Assembly: GCA_044869955.1 (NCBI GenBank)
Contig: JBIOYC010000060.1
Location: forward strand, 6,850 to 70,849
Source of the DNA: Thermoanaerobaculia bacterium
Lineage (GTDB): Bacteria; Acidobacteriota; Thermoanaerobaculia; Multivoradales; SZUA-115
Length of the DNA stretch: 64,000 nucleotides
Direction: 5' to 3'
Made by a program: the position numbers and the translations under genes. Shown piece by piece: positions 17,959-26,326 of the stretch. Under the pieces are notes generated by a model. The model worked only from the letters and a program-made list of their open reading frames with translations, made no database searches and was not told the origin of the DNA. Within the stretch, counting starts at the first letter, position 1; every line of letters starts with the position of its first letter.

Positions 17959-18812
17959 TCGGCGTCTTCCTTGGTCATGAGGTGGTCGTAGAGGCGCATT
18001 AGCTCTTCCTCGGAGCTGAAGTGGATGCGCAGCTCACCGCCCCGGCGGCGGCGCTGGATCTCGACCCGGGTCTGGAGGCGTTGGGTCAGCCTCTCCTCGG
18101 CGACCCGGGTGTGCACGTCCACTCGCCGCTCCGGCTTGGCGGTCGTGCGTGGCGCTGGGGGCTCCGCCGCCAGCCGCTCGAGGTCGCGGGCCGTGAGCCC
18201 CTCGCGCACGGCTCGCTCGGCGGCGGCGAGCTGCTCGGCGGGCCGCTCGAGGCCGAGCAGCGGCCTCGCCTGGCCGGCGGTGAGGGCGCCGGAGCGCAAC
18301 AGGGCCTGCACGCCCTCGGGCAGGTTGAGCAGGCGCAGGGCGTTGGCCACGGCAGTCCGGCTCTTGCCTACGGCGCGGCCGATCTCTTCCTGCGAGAGGG
18401 CGAAGTCGTCGCGCAACATGCGGAAGGCCTCGGCCTCCTCCAGCGCGTTCAGGTCCGCGCGCTGGAGGTTCTCGACCAGGGCGAGCTCGAGCAGCTCGCG
18501 GTCGCTGACGGACGGCCGGATCACCACCGGTACCTCGCTCAGGCCGGCGAGCTTCGAAGCCCGGAAGCGACGCTCCCCGGCGATGATCCAGTAGCCATCG
18601 CCGCCGTCGGGCGCGACGAGGATCGGCTGCACCAGGCCCTGGGCGCGGATCGAGTCGGCGAGCTCGGCGAGGTCTTCCTCGCGGAAGTGGCTGCGGGGTT
18701 GGCGGGGGTTGGGGCGGAGGCGGTCGACGGCGAGGACCAGAGGCGTCGCCGAAGTGGTCTCGGGGAGCAGGGCGTCGAGGCCGCGGCCGAGGCCGCGCTT
18801 CTTGGTGGTCAC
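17955..18812 (-). CDS. parB: chromosome partitioning protein ParB
   Basis: The GTG start overlaps the parA stop (GTGA). The N-terminus TTKKRGLGRGLDALL is the ParB box, followed by a GERR motif and an HTH. Confidence 0.85.
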   Translation of the reverse strand: MTTKKRGLGRGLDALLPETTSATPLVLAVDRLRPNPRQPRSHFREEDLAELADSIRAQGLVQPILVAPDGGDGYWIIAGERRFRASKLAGLSEVPVVIRPSVSDRELLELALVENLQRADLNALEEAEAFRMLRDDFALSQEEIGRAVGKSRTAVANALRLLNLPEGVQALLRSGALTAGQARPLLGLERPAEQLAAAERAVREGLTARDLERLAAEPPAPRTTAKPERRVDVHTRVAEERLTQRLQTRVEIQRRRRGGELRIHFSSEEELMRLYDHLMTKEDAE

Positions 18813-19564
18813 TTTTTCTCGAGAACCTCGCGGGCCAGGGCCAGGTAGGCCTCGGCGCCGCGGCACTTGATGTCGTATTGGAGGATCGGCTTGCCGAAGC
18901 TGGGGGCCTCGGCCAGACGGACGTTGCGCGGGATGATCGCCTGGAAGACCTTGTCGGTGAAGTGGCGGCGGATCTCGTCGACGATCTCGCGGGAGAGGTT
19001 GGTGCGGTCGTCGTACATCGTCAACAGGATGCCCGCGATCGTCAGCCGGGGGTTGAGGCCGCCCTGGACACGGCGCACCGTGGCGACCAGCTCACTCACG
19101 CCTTCGAGTGCGAAGTACTCGCACTGCAAGGGGACGATCACGCCATCAGCTGCCGAGAGGGCCCCCACCGTCAGATGCCCGAGCGACGGCGGGCAGTCGA
19201 CCAGGATGTAGTCGTAGCGATCCACCACGCTCGCCAGTGCGTTCTTCAGCCGCTGCTCCCAGCCGGGGTTGCCGACGAACTCGACCTCGACACCCACCAG
19301 GTCGCGGTCCGCGGGGGCCAGTGCGAGGTTGGGGAAGCCGGTGTCGCGCACCACCTGCTCGAGCTGTACCTCTCCGCTCAGGGCGTGGTAGAGGTGCGGC
19401 TTACCCGCGCGCTCGCCGAGCCCGCGGGTGGCGTTGCCCTGGGGGTCGCAATCGACCAGCAGGACCTTCCTCTCGAGGGCGGCGAGGCCGGCCGCGAGGT
19501 TGATGGCGGTGGTGGTCTTGCCGACCCCACCTTTCTGGTTGGCGATGGCGAAGATGATGCCCAT
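18809..19564 (-). CDS. parA: chromosome partitioning ATPase ParA/Soj
   Basis: Internal ATG MGIIFAIANQKGGVGKTTTAINLAAGLA (deviant Walker A). Confidence 0.85.
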   Translation of the reverse strand: MGIIFAIANQKGGVGKTTTAINLAAGLAALERKVLLVDCDPQGNATRGLGERAGKPHLYHALSGEVQLEQVVRDTGFPNLALAPADRDLVGVEVEFVGNPGWEQRLKNALASVVDRYDYILVDCPPSLGHLTVGALSAADGVIVPLQCEYFALEGVSELVATVRRVQGGLNPRLTIAGILLTMYDDRTNLSREIVDEIRRHFTDKVFQAIIPRNVRLAEAPSFGKPILQYDIKCRGAEAYLALAREVLEKK

Positions 19565-19587
19565 TTGGCTTCCGTGGCCGCTGCCGG

Positions 19588-20235
19588 TCAGTGCCGGCCG
19601 AGCTCGAGGATGCGTCGGTGGTGCGAGCCGGCGAGGGGTTGCTCCCTCTCGACTCGCCAACCCTGCGGCACGATGGGATCCTGCTCTCCGACCCACAGCA
19701 AGAAACGGGCTCCGGGGGGAAGGCGCTCGGCGAGAGCGGCGAGCAGGTCCGCATCGAGCCGCAGAGCGCGGGAGGTCACCAGATCGACATCCGAGCCCAG
19801 GCCGGCTGGCAGCGGGAGCGCGACTCTAGCATCGAGCACTCGGCCCGGCAACGCGGCCTTGCCGAGGGCGGTCTCGAGGAATGCGATCTTCTTCTGTCGC
19901 ACCTCGACCAGGGTGACGTGGAGGCCCGGCCGGGCGGCGGCCAGCACCAGGCCCGGGAAGCCGGCTCCGCTGCCGAGGTCGAGCAGCCGGTGGTCGGTCG
20001 AGCGGAGGAGGGGAAGAGCGGCCAGGGATTCGCCATAGTGCCGAGCGAAGAGCTCGGCTGCCGGCGCCACGGCGACCAGGGAGACCAGGCGGTTCCAGCG
20101 CCCGAGCTCCCGATAGTGGCGGTGGAGCGCCGCCACCACCGGCTCGGAGAGAGGCTGCGGAGAGACACTCGCCAGGCCGCGCCGAAAGGACTCGAGATCG
20201 AGGTCGGGAAGCGCGCGCTGGGGCTTGGTGGCCAT
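19588..20235 (-). CDS. rsmG: 16S rRNA (guanine527-N7)-methyltransferase RsmG/GidB
   Basis: LLDLGSGAGFPGLVLAAARP motif; sits upstream of parAB. Confidence 0.8.
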   Translation of the reverse strand: MATKPQRALPDLDLESFRRGLASVSPQPLSEPVVAALHRHYRELGRWNRLVSLVAVAPAAELFARHYGESLAALPLLRSTDHRLLDLGSGAGFPGLVLAAARPGLHVTLVEVRQKKIAFLETALGKAALPGRVLDARVALPLPAGLGSDVDLVTSRALRLDADLLAALAERLPPGARFLLWVGEQDPIVPQGWRVEREQPLAGSHHRRILELGRH

Positions 20236-20297
20236 CGGCCTCGAGTCTCGCAGCCGGTTGTTCCCGAGGCAAGGGCACCCGGCCTCGACAGGGAGGT

Positions 20298-20359
20298 TGT
20301 TTCACGAGAAACTTCGCGGTGAAACAAGGGTGTTTCACGGGAAACCTGGCGGTGAAACA
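20298..20359. promoter_or_regulatory. two tandem 29-bp split parS-like palindromes (TGTTTCAC-N13-GTGAAACA), 33-bp period
   Basis: tgtttcacgagaaacttcgcggtgaaaca (20298-20326) and tgtttcacgggaaacctggcggtgaaaca (20331-20359). The outer 8-mers equal the two halves of the canonical parS TGTTTCAC|GTGAAACA. Each left half plus the next 8 nt also forms a 2-mismatch parS (TGTTTCACGAGAAACT, TGTTTCACGGGAAACC). Confidence 0.5.
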
Positions 20360-20361
20360 AC

Positions 20362-20700
20362 ATGGCGCTTTCCGACTTCGACCTCGGCTTCTTCCTCGGC
20401 ATCCTGGTCGGTGAGGGGCATTTTGGCGGTGACGGCCGCCAGCCCCACGTCACCGTGCGCATGCACACCGACCACGAGGCCCTCTTTCTCTGGTTGGCCT
20501 CGGCCTTCCCGGGCAGTCGCCTCTACGGGCCCTACCATCACTCCGGTCGCAGCTACTACCAGTGGATGGCTCGCGGGAGCTGCCTCCGAGAGCAGATCGT
20601 CCCCCTCCTCGACCGCGTCCTCACGCCCGCCATCGACGGCAAGGCCTACGCTCGCTACCTGGCGATGAAGGAGCGCTATCGACTCGCGACGCCGCCCTGA
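20362..20700 (+). CDS. small LAGLIDADG-like (single-motif homing-endonuclease-fold) protein, hypothetical
   Basis: 112 aa; MALSDFDLGFFLGILVGEGHFGGDG... resembles the LAGLIDADG motif, with a downstream beta-rich region. It is free-standing, with no host gene or intein context. Confidence 0.4.
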   Translation: MALSDFDLGFFLGILVGEGHFGGDGRQPHVTVRMHTDHEALFLWLASAFPGSRLYGPYHHSGRSYYQWMARGSCLREQIVPLLDRVLTPAIDGKAYARYLAMKERYRLATPP

Positions 20701-20709
20701 AGCACGAAG

Positions 20710-20729
20710 GGCGGGCCCCATGGCCCGCC
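20710..20729. terminator. GC-rich hairpin between convergent genes (bidirectional terminator candidate)
   Basis: ggcgggcc-ccat-ggcccgcc: an 8-bp GC stem with a 4-nt loop, between the LAGLIDADG-like ORF stop (20700) and the jag stop (20759). Confidence 0.4.
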
Positions 20730-20758
20730 CCCCTTGCCTCGTCCCGCTGTACGTCGGC

Positions 20759-21553
20759 CTAGACCGGCTCGCGCAACAAGACCGCCACTCGCTTGAAGAA
20801 GCCCTCGCCCTCGCTCTCGGTGCGGACCTCGGAATCCTCGGCCAGCGCCACGTGGATGATCCGCCGCTCCCCAGGGCTCATCGGCGCCAGGCTGATCGGG
20901 CGGCCGCTTCGCCGCACCAGGTCGGCCGTCTCCCTCGCCAGTCGTTGAAGCTCCTCCTCCCGGCCGCTGCGATAGCCCCCGCTGTCAACGCGGCAAACTG
21001 GCCCTTCGCCGACGCCGTGCAGAAGCCGCGGCAGAAGGTACTCGATCGCCTGGAGAACCTCCGCCTCCTCGGCCAGCAGGCGCTCACGGCCGGGCCCCGT
21101 CAACTCGACCCGCAAGCCTTCCTCGTCCTTCTCGATCTGCGCGGAGAGCTCGAGGCCGGACAGCCGAAGCAGGGCCTGGAGCGCCTGCTCGGGGGTGGCG
21201 CCTTCGCTCGCCTCGCCGCGGGCAACCACGGGCCGGACCGGCCGCTCGGGACGGTCCTCGCCCCAAGCCGGGGCTGTCTCCTGGTGCAGGGCCGGCGCCG
21301 CGGGTCGCGGCGGCGCCGTGCGCGGCACCGCCGGCCTCGCGGCAGGAGGCGATGGGCGCGGCGGCCGAGGGCCGCGAGGACTCGCTGGATCGACCTCGAT
21401 CACCAGCCGCCGCGGGATGCGCACGAAGCCGTGTCGTTTGGGCACCTCACGATAGCCGAGCTCCTCTGGTGGAATCTGGTGGTGACGGGCCGCCGCGAGC
21501 AGGGCCTGCTCGAGCGTCTGGCCGGTGAAATAGCGACGGTTGGACTGGTTCAT
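20759..21553 (-). CDS. jag: Jag/KhpB RNA-binding protein (Jag_N, KH, R3H)
   Basis: A C-terminal R3H region (ISLAPMSPGERRIIHVALAEDSEVRTESEGEGFFKRVAV). It sits immediately downstream of yidC, as in spoIIIJ-jag. Confidence 0.75.
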   Translation of the reverse strand: MNQSNRRYFTGQTLEQALLAAARHHQIPPEELGYREVPKRHGFVRIPRRLVIEVDPASPRGPRPPRPSPPAARPAVPRTAPPRPAAPALHQETAPAWGEDRPERPVRPVVARGEASEGATPEQALQALLRLSGLELSAQIEKDEEGLRVELTGPGRERLLAEEAEVLQAIEYLLPRLLHGVGEGPVCRVDSGGYRSGREEELQRLARETADLVRRSGRPISLAPMSPGERRIIHVALAEDSEVRTESEGEGFFKRVAVLLREPV

Positions 21554-21572
21554 GACTCTCTCCTGCCCCGGT

Positions 21573-23297
21573 TCAGGCCGGCTTCGCCTTCTTCTTCGCC
21601 GGTTTGGTCGTCTTGGCCGCCGTGGAACCGCCCTCCCGAGCGACCTTCAAACGGTTGTAGAACCACTGCTGGGCAATCGAGAGTACGTTGTTGGTCAGCC
21701 AGTAGAGCACCAGACCAGACGGCGCCCCCGCGAAGAGGAAGGTGAACACGATCGGCAGGATCAGCATCATCTTCCGCTGGAGATCGTTGCCCGCAGAAGG
21801 CATCATCCAGGTCTGGGCGAACTGAGTGGCTCCCATGACGATCGGCAGGACGAAGTAGGGGTCTCGGGTCGACAGATCCTGCACCCACAGCAGCCACGGC
21901 GCCTGGCGCAGGTCGTAGGACACCGAGAGGATCTTGAAGAAGGCGAAGAAGACGGGCAGCTGGAGGACCATCGGCAGGCAGCCCCCGGCGGGGTTCACGC
22001 CTTCGCTCCGATAGAGGCCCATGACCTCGTCGTTCATCTGTCGCTGGGCCTCGAGGTTCGGCCGCCCCTGTTTGTCCCGCATTCGCCCGGCGTACTTGCT
22101 GCGGATGGCCTGGATGCGAGGGTTGAGCTCCTGGAGCTTCCCCATCGAGACCATGGACTTGTGGGTCAGGGGCAGGAGCAGGACCTTGATCAGCACGGTC
22201 ATCAGGACGATGGCCCAGCCGTAGTTCTCGACCACGTTGTCATACAGCCACTCGAGGCCGATCATGAGCGGCCGGGCCAGCCAGCCGAAGAAGCCGAGGT
22301 TGACGGTCCTCTGAAGCCCTCCGGGCAGGGCGGCCAGCGTGTCGTACTGCTTGCCGCCCCAATAGGTGGCCGCTTCGAAGCGCTCGGTGGCGGGAACCAG
22401 CTCGAGGCCGTAATCGAAGGGCAAGCCCTTCTGCTCTGCCGGCAGCTCACCCTCGGCCGGCACCCGCCGCAGCGTACTCTCGCCACCCTCGGCGCGGGTC
22501 TCGGTGGTGAAGGCCGGCAACCGGACCTCCGCGAGGGAGACCCGCGGTAGCACCGCCGAGAGGAAGTAGTTGTCGTCCAGGGCGACCCACCCCAGGCCGG
22601 TCCCCGCCACGGGGGGACGAACCTTGCCGGATTTCGAATCGAGCCGCTCGACGCCATCCGGTCCGGCGTACACCACGGCCCGCTGGTGGTAGGTGCTCTT
22701 GAGCTCCTCCGGTCCCGGGTTGCCGATGCCCGGACCGAAGAACACCGCGTAAGGCTGGGAGGCGGTGATCTCGGCTACCAGCATCCCTTTGGCGTCGAAG
22801 CTGAATCGCTTCTCGGCCTGGCCGACCTCACCGCGGTAGCGGAAGGTCAGCGCACCCTCACCGTTCTCTGCCACCACGAAGAGGGCGTCGTTCAACGGAT
22901 GCGCCGCACCGGCTCCCCGGGTTAGACCGAAGGGAAAGGGTCCACCCGCACGGGAGCGCACCAGCTCCAGCGACGCCTCTCCGCCGGTGGCCCGCTCGTG
23001 GGTCTTGAACGAGACCAACTGGGCGCCACGGTTGGTGAACACGGCGACCCCGGACGGGCCGACCAGGCTGACCCGCTCCTCGCTCGCGGCGCCGATCGGC
23101 TCCGCGGCGACCGCGGGCGGCAGCGGCTCGGCGCCCGTTGCGGAAGTGCCGGCAGCGGCCACGGTGGCCGGCGCCGGCAGCTCGGCGGCCGGGGGCGGTG
23201 CAGGGGCCGGGGATTTCTTGGCGGGAAAGAGCTGGCCCCAGAGCAGCAGGATGCCAACGGAAAGGGCGATGAACAGCAACAGACGACGGGTTTCCAC
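21573..23297 (-). CDS. yidC: membrane protein insertase YidC
   Basis: 574 aa with an N-terminal TM anchor, a large periplasmic domain and the conserved C-terminal 5-TM core. Confidence 0.9.
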   Translation of the reverse strand: METRRLLLFIALSVGILLLWGQLFPAKKSPAPAPPPAAELPAPATVAAAGTSATGAEPLPPAVAAEPIGAASEERVSLVGPSGVAVFTNRGAQLVSFKTHERATGGEASLELVRSRAGGPFPFGLTRGAGAAHPLNDALFVVAENGEGALTFRYRGEVGQAEKRFSFDAKGMLVAEITASQPYAVFFGPGIGNPGPEELKSTYHQRAVVYAGPDGVERLDSKSGKVRPPVAGTGLGWVALDDNYFLSAVLPRVSLAEVRLPAFTTETRAEGGESTLRRVPAEGELPAEQKGLPFDYGLELVPATERFEAATYWGGKQYDTLAALPGGLQRTVNLGFFGWLARPLMIGLEWLYDNVVENYGWAIVLMTVLIKVLLLPLTHKSMVSMGKLQELNPRIQAIRSKYAGRMRDKQGRPNLEAQRQMNDEVMGLYRSEGVNPAGGCLPMVLQLPVFFAFFKILSVSYDLRQAPWLLWVQDLSTRDPYFVLPIVMGATQFAQTWMMPSAGNDLQRKMMLILPIVFTFLFAGAPSGLVLYWLTNNVLSIAQQWFYNRLKVAREGGSTAAKTTKPAKKKAKPA

Positions 23298-23333
23298 GGT
23301 GGCTCGGTTCCTTCGATAAGGCGGCTGGGAGGC

Positions 23334-23540
23334 TCAGGGAAGATCGATACCGCCCGGGTGGAGTGGGTGGCAGCGGCACAGCCGCCGCGCCGCCCGCCAG
23401 CTCCCGCGGGCAGCTCCATACTTAAGCACCGCGAGGCGAGCGTATTCCGAGCAGCTGGGCGAGAAGCGGCAGGCGCGCGGCAACAAAGGAGACAGCCAGC
23501 GCTTGTAGCCTTCGAGAAGGGCCACCAGCAGGCGCTTCAC
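23334..23540 (-). CDS. yidD: membrane protein insertion efficiency factor YidD
   Basis: [68 protein letters not shown]. The GTG start overlaps the rnpA stop (GTGA). The coordinate was placed by counting residues back from the ORF-track end. Confidence 0.7.
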   Translation of the reverse strand: MKRLLVALLEGYKRWLSPLLPRACRFSPSCSEYARLAVLKYGAARGSWRAARRLCRCHPLHPGGIDLP

Positions 23541-23926
23541 GGTGCGCCCGCCGCGGCTCGAGGGAGCGCCCGGTGGAGCAGGCCCAGAAGCTCGTCCGCC
23601 AATGCCGAGAAGTCGCCCTGTGCCGCCGCCGGCTGCAGGTGCACGACCAGGTCGAGGGGCGGCAGCTCGCTGCGTCGGTTCCATCGCCGGTAGACCTCTC
23701 GCACTCGGCGCTTCAGGCGCTGGCGTACCACGGCCTTCCCGACCTTGCGACTCGCCGTGATGCCCAGACGGGGATGATCACATTGGTTCTTGATCGTATG
23801 CAGGGTGAGCAGGGTGCCGCGGTGGCGGCGGCCCTGGCGGTAACAGTTCAGATAGTCCGACCGCCGGCGGAGCTTGTCGTCGCGAGTGAGGCGCTGTCCG
23901 CCGCTCGCCGGCGAGCGCTCGGACAC
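23537..23926 (-). CDS. rnpA: ribonuclease P protein component RnpA
   Basis: [25 protein letters not shown]...[25 protein letters not shown] is the RnpA signature. Confidence 0.8.
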   Translation of the reverse strand: MSERSPASGGQRLTRDDKLRRRSDYLNCYRQGRRHRGTLLTLHTIKNQCDHPRLGITASRKVGKAVVRQRLKRRVREVYRRWNRRSELPPLDLVVHLQPAAAQGDFSALADELLGLLHRALPRAAAGAP

Positions 23927-23939
23927 CGCCCTCTCCCGT

Positions 23940-24074
23940 CTAGACGCAGAGACGCTTGCGACCCTTCCGGCGCCGGCGGCTCAGCACCGCGCGGCCATGG
24001 CGGGTCTTCATGCGCTCCCGGAAGCCGTGGGTCCGCTTGCGGCGGAGGTTGTTCGGCTGGAAAGTCCTCTTCAC
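23940..24074 (-). CDS. rpmH: 50S ribosomal protein L34
   Basis: Not in the ORF track (GTG start). The reverse-complement translation is (M)[43 protein letters not shown], a near-perfect L34 sequence. Confidence 0.8.
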   Translation of the reverse strand: MKRTFQPNNLRRKRTHGFRERMKTRHGRAVLSRRRRKGRKRLCV

Positions 24075-24217
24075 GGCGCGCTACCTTTCCCTTGGGGGTT
24101 TCGAGATCTCACCACCCCGCCATGCGCGGGGACAGACACGAACCTCGGAGACTAGTCGATCCTCGCGGGCCGGGTCAACCGGGTCGCGGTCACGTCGCCG
24201 CTGCCATACTCCGCGCC

Positions 24218-25387
24218 ATGACCGCTCGCCCCATCCTCCGTCTCGAGGCCGCGCTCGGCGAGCTCCTCCTGGCCGCCACCGTGGGCCCTCCTCTGCCGCC
24301 GCTGCCGGCGCCGCTGCGGACCTCCGCACCTCCGCCGCAGGACTTGCCCACCCTATGGCGGCAGATCGCCGACCTGCCGCGAGAGGAGCTGCCGCGCTCC
24401 GGCCTGGTTGCCACGCTCGCGCTCGCCCGGGGCAGCCTCCGAGAGAAGCTCGCCGACCAATATCCGGACCTCGCCGGGGCCAGCCCTCCTCCGCCGGGGT
24501 TCACCGAGCTGCGCACCCCTGTCGAGGAGCCCGATCGCCTCGCGCTGGAGGCGTTCTTCCACCCGCCGGCTGCGGGCCGGCCGATCCTCTTCGTGGTGCA
24601 CGGCCTCTTCGACAGCAAGCGCGCCGGCTATGCCGTACGGGCAGCAACGGCCCTCGCCGAGCAGGGCTTCGGGGTCGTGGTGCCCGATCTGCGCTGGCAT
24701 GGCCGGCACCTGGGTGGCCCGGCCCTCTGCTCTTTGGGGCTCGAAGAAACGGGAGATCTGCTCGCCTGGGCCGCGTGGATCTCCCGCCGGCACCCGGATC
24801 ACGAGCTCGGCCTGGTCGGCTTCAGCCTGGGGGCGATGGTGGTGATCCACACCCTCGCCGCCGACCGGAATCGGGCCTTCCGCGCCGGTGGGGTCGCCAT
24901 CTCACCGGCCGGTTCCCTGGCTGAGACCGTCCCCTACGTGGACGAGACCGGTCTCCTCGCCCGCCCGTGGCCGCGTGGAGTGATGCCCTGGGTGCTGCGC
25001 AAGGGGATGCGGCGGCGCCTCGGCGCCCTGGGCCTCCCCGTGGCTCGCCAGCGGCCCTTCCGGGCCCTCCTGCATCATTTCGCCGAACGGCTGCCGGCGG
25101 TCACCGACTTCCTGGCGGAGGCGGATCCCTGCGCCGCCCTCGCCCGCGTGCGCTCGCCTGTCCTGGTGGTGGCCGGCGCCAACGATCCGATGTTCCCGCC
25201 CGAGACTCCGCGAGCGCTCGAGGCCGCCGGCACTGCGGCCCGGCCCTGGGCGGAGGTCGTCACTCTGCGCCGGGGCGGCCACGTGGCCTGCTTCGCCACG
25301 TCGCCCGTCTGGACGATGTCGGCGATCGAGCTCTTCTTCGCGAACAGCGCGCGACTGGCTGGAAGGACGGCTGCTTCGGGAGGCTGA
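24218..25387 (+). CDS. alpha/beta-fold hydrolase (YheT-like)
   Basis: ATG MTARPILRLEA...; VHGLFDSKRAGY, the GFSLGA nucleophile elbow and a C-terminal GGH. Confidence 0.6.
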   Translation: MTARPILRLEAALGELLLAATVGPPLPPLPAPLRTSAPPPQDLPTLWRQIADLPREELPRSGLVATLALARGSLREKLADQYPDLAGASPPPPGFTELRTPVEEPDRLALEAFFHPPAAGRPILFVVHGLFDSKRAGYAVRAATALAEQGFGVVVPDLRWHGRHLGGPALCSLGLEETGDLLAWAAWISRRHPDHELGLVGFSLGAMVVIHTLAADRNRAFRAGGVAISPAGSLAETVPYVDETGLLARPWPRGVMPWVLRKGMRRRLGALGLPVARQRPFRALLHHFAERLPAVTDFLAEADPCAALARVRSPVLVVAGANDPMFPPETPRALEAAGTAARPWAEVVTLRRGGHVACFATSPVWTMSAIELFFANSARLAGRTAASGG

Positions 25388-25395
25388 ACGGAGGA

Positions 25396-25485
25396 TGGCG
25401 GAGAGGGTGGGATTCGAACCCACGGACCGGTTGCCCGGTCAACGGTTTTCGAGACCGCCCCGATCGACCACTCCGGCACCTCTCC
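25396..25485 (-). tRNA. tRNA-Ser (anticodon CGA)
   Basis: The reverse complement GGAGAGGTGCCGGAGTGG...CTCGAAA...long variable arm...CGTGGGTTCGAATCCCACCCTCTCCGCCA has a GGAGAGG/CCTCTCC acceptor stem, a type-II variable arm and an encoded CCA. Confidence 0.8.
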
Positions 25486-25499
25486 AGGCTGGAACTATG

Positions 25500-25590
<91 letters not shown>

Positions 25591-25611
25591 GCGGACCTGC
25601 TCAAAGAACCT

Positions 25612-26100
25612 TCAACCCTGCTGCGGGGCCACACCCTGCCGGAGGGTCTGGAAGAACTGCCGCAGCAGCCCTCCGCAGCGAGGGGCGAGGATACCACTAC
25701 TCACCTCGAGGCGGTGGTTGAGGCGCGGGTCGCGCACCAGGTCACCCAAGGAGCCGCACCAACCGGCCTTCGGGTCGGCCGCGCCGTAGACCAACCGCTC
25801 CACCCGGCTGTTGACCAGCGCCCCCGCGCACATGGCGCAGGGCTCGAGGGTGACGTACATCGTGGTGCCCACGAGCCGCCAGCTGCCGAGTCGTCTCGCG
25901 GCCTCGCGGAGGGCGAAGACCTCGGCGTGGGCCAAGGGATCCTGATCGGTCTCCCGCCGGTTGTACCCTCGCCCCACCACCTCGCCGCTCGCGACGACGA
26001 CGGCGCCCACCGGCACCTCCCCCAACGCCGCGGCCTTTTCGGCCTCGGCGATGGCTTCCAGCATGAAAGCTTCGTCCGATTCGACTACGGGGGACGGCAT
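25612..26100 (-). CDS. tadA: tRNA adenosine(34) deaminase TadA
   Basis: HAEVFALREAA and TLEPCAMCAGAL zinc-binding motifs. Confidence 0.85.
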   Translation of the reverse strand: MPSPVVESDEAFMLEAIAEAEKAAALGEVPVGAVVVASGEVVGRGYNRRETDQDPLAHAEVFALREAARRLGSWRLVGTTMYVTLEPCAMCAGALVNSRVERLVYGAADPKAGWCGSLGDLVRDPRLNHRLEVSSGILAPRCGGLLRQFFQTLRQGVAPQQG

Positions 26101-26182
26101 CGAGGGCCTCGGATGAGAAGATCGTAGCAGTCGTGGGGCTCACCTTTACATCCCCAACCTGGCCGCATAGCATGGGGAGCCC

Positions 26183-26314
26183 GCCAGCGGCGGGCGAAGG
26201 GCTCGGGTCCTGTGCATCGGGCGATCCCGAACCTCGTCAGGCCCGGAAGGGAGCAGCGATAAGGCTTCTGCTTCGAGTGCCGCAGGGAAGCCGGAGCCCT
26301 TCGTCAGCCGCTGG
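26183..26314 (+). ncRNA. ffs: signal recognition particle RNA (4.5S/ffs), small bacterial type
   Basis: The conserved domain IV sequence GTCAGGCCCGGAAGGGAGCAGC (compare E. coli GUCAGGUCCGGAAGGAAGCAGC) sits inside a long hairpin: gccagcggc...cgaagggctc pairs with gagcccttcg...gccgctggc. Its position immediately upstream of dnaX is the classic ffs-dnaX-ybaB-recR arrangement. Confidence 0.7.
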
Positions 26315-26326
26315 CCCCCCAATCTG

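Noticed and set aside
23500-23580. Apparent 1-nt frame inconsistency between my position counting and the ORF track around the yidD start/rnpA stop
   Set aside because: Most likely a counting error on my side. The ORF-track frames give intact YidD and RnpA proteins, so no frameshift or pseudogene is claimed.
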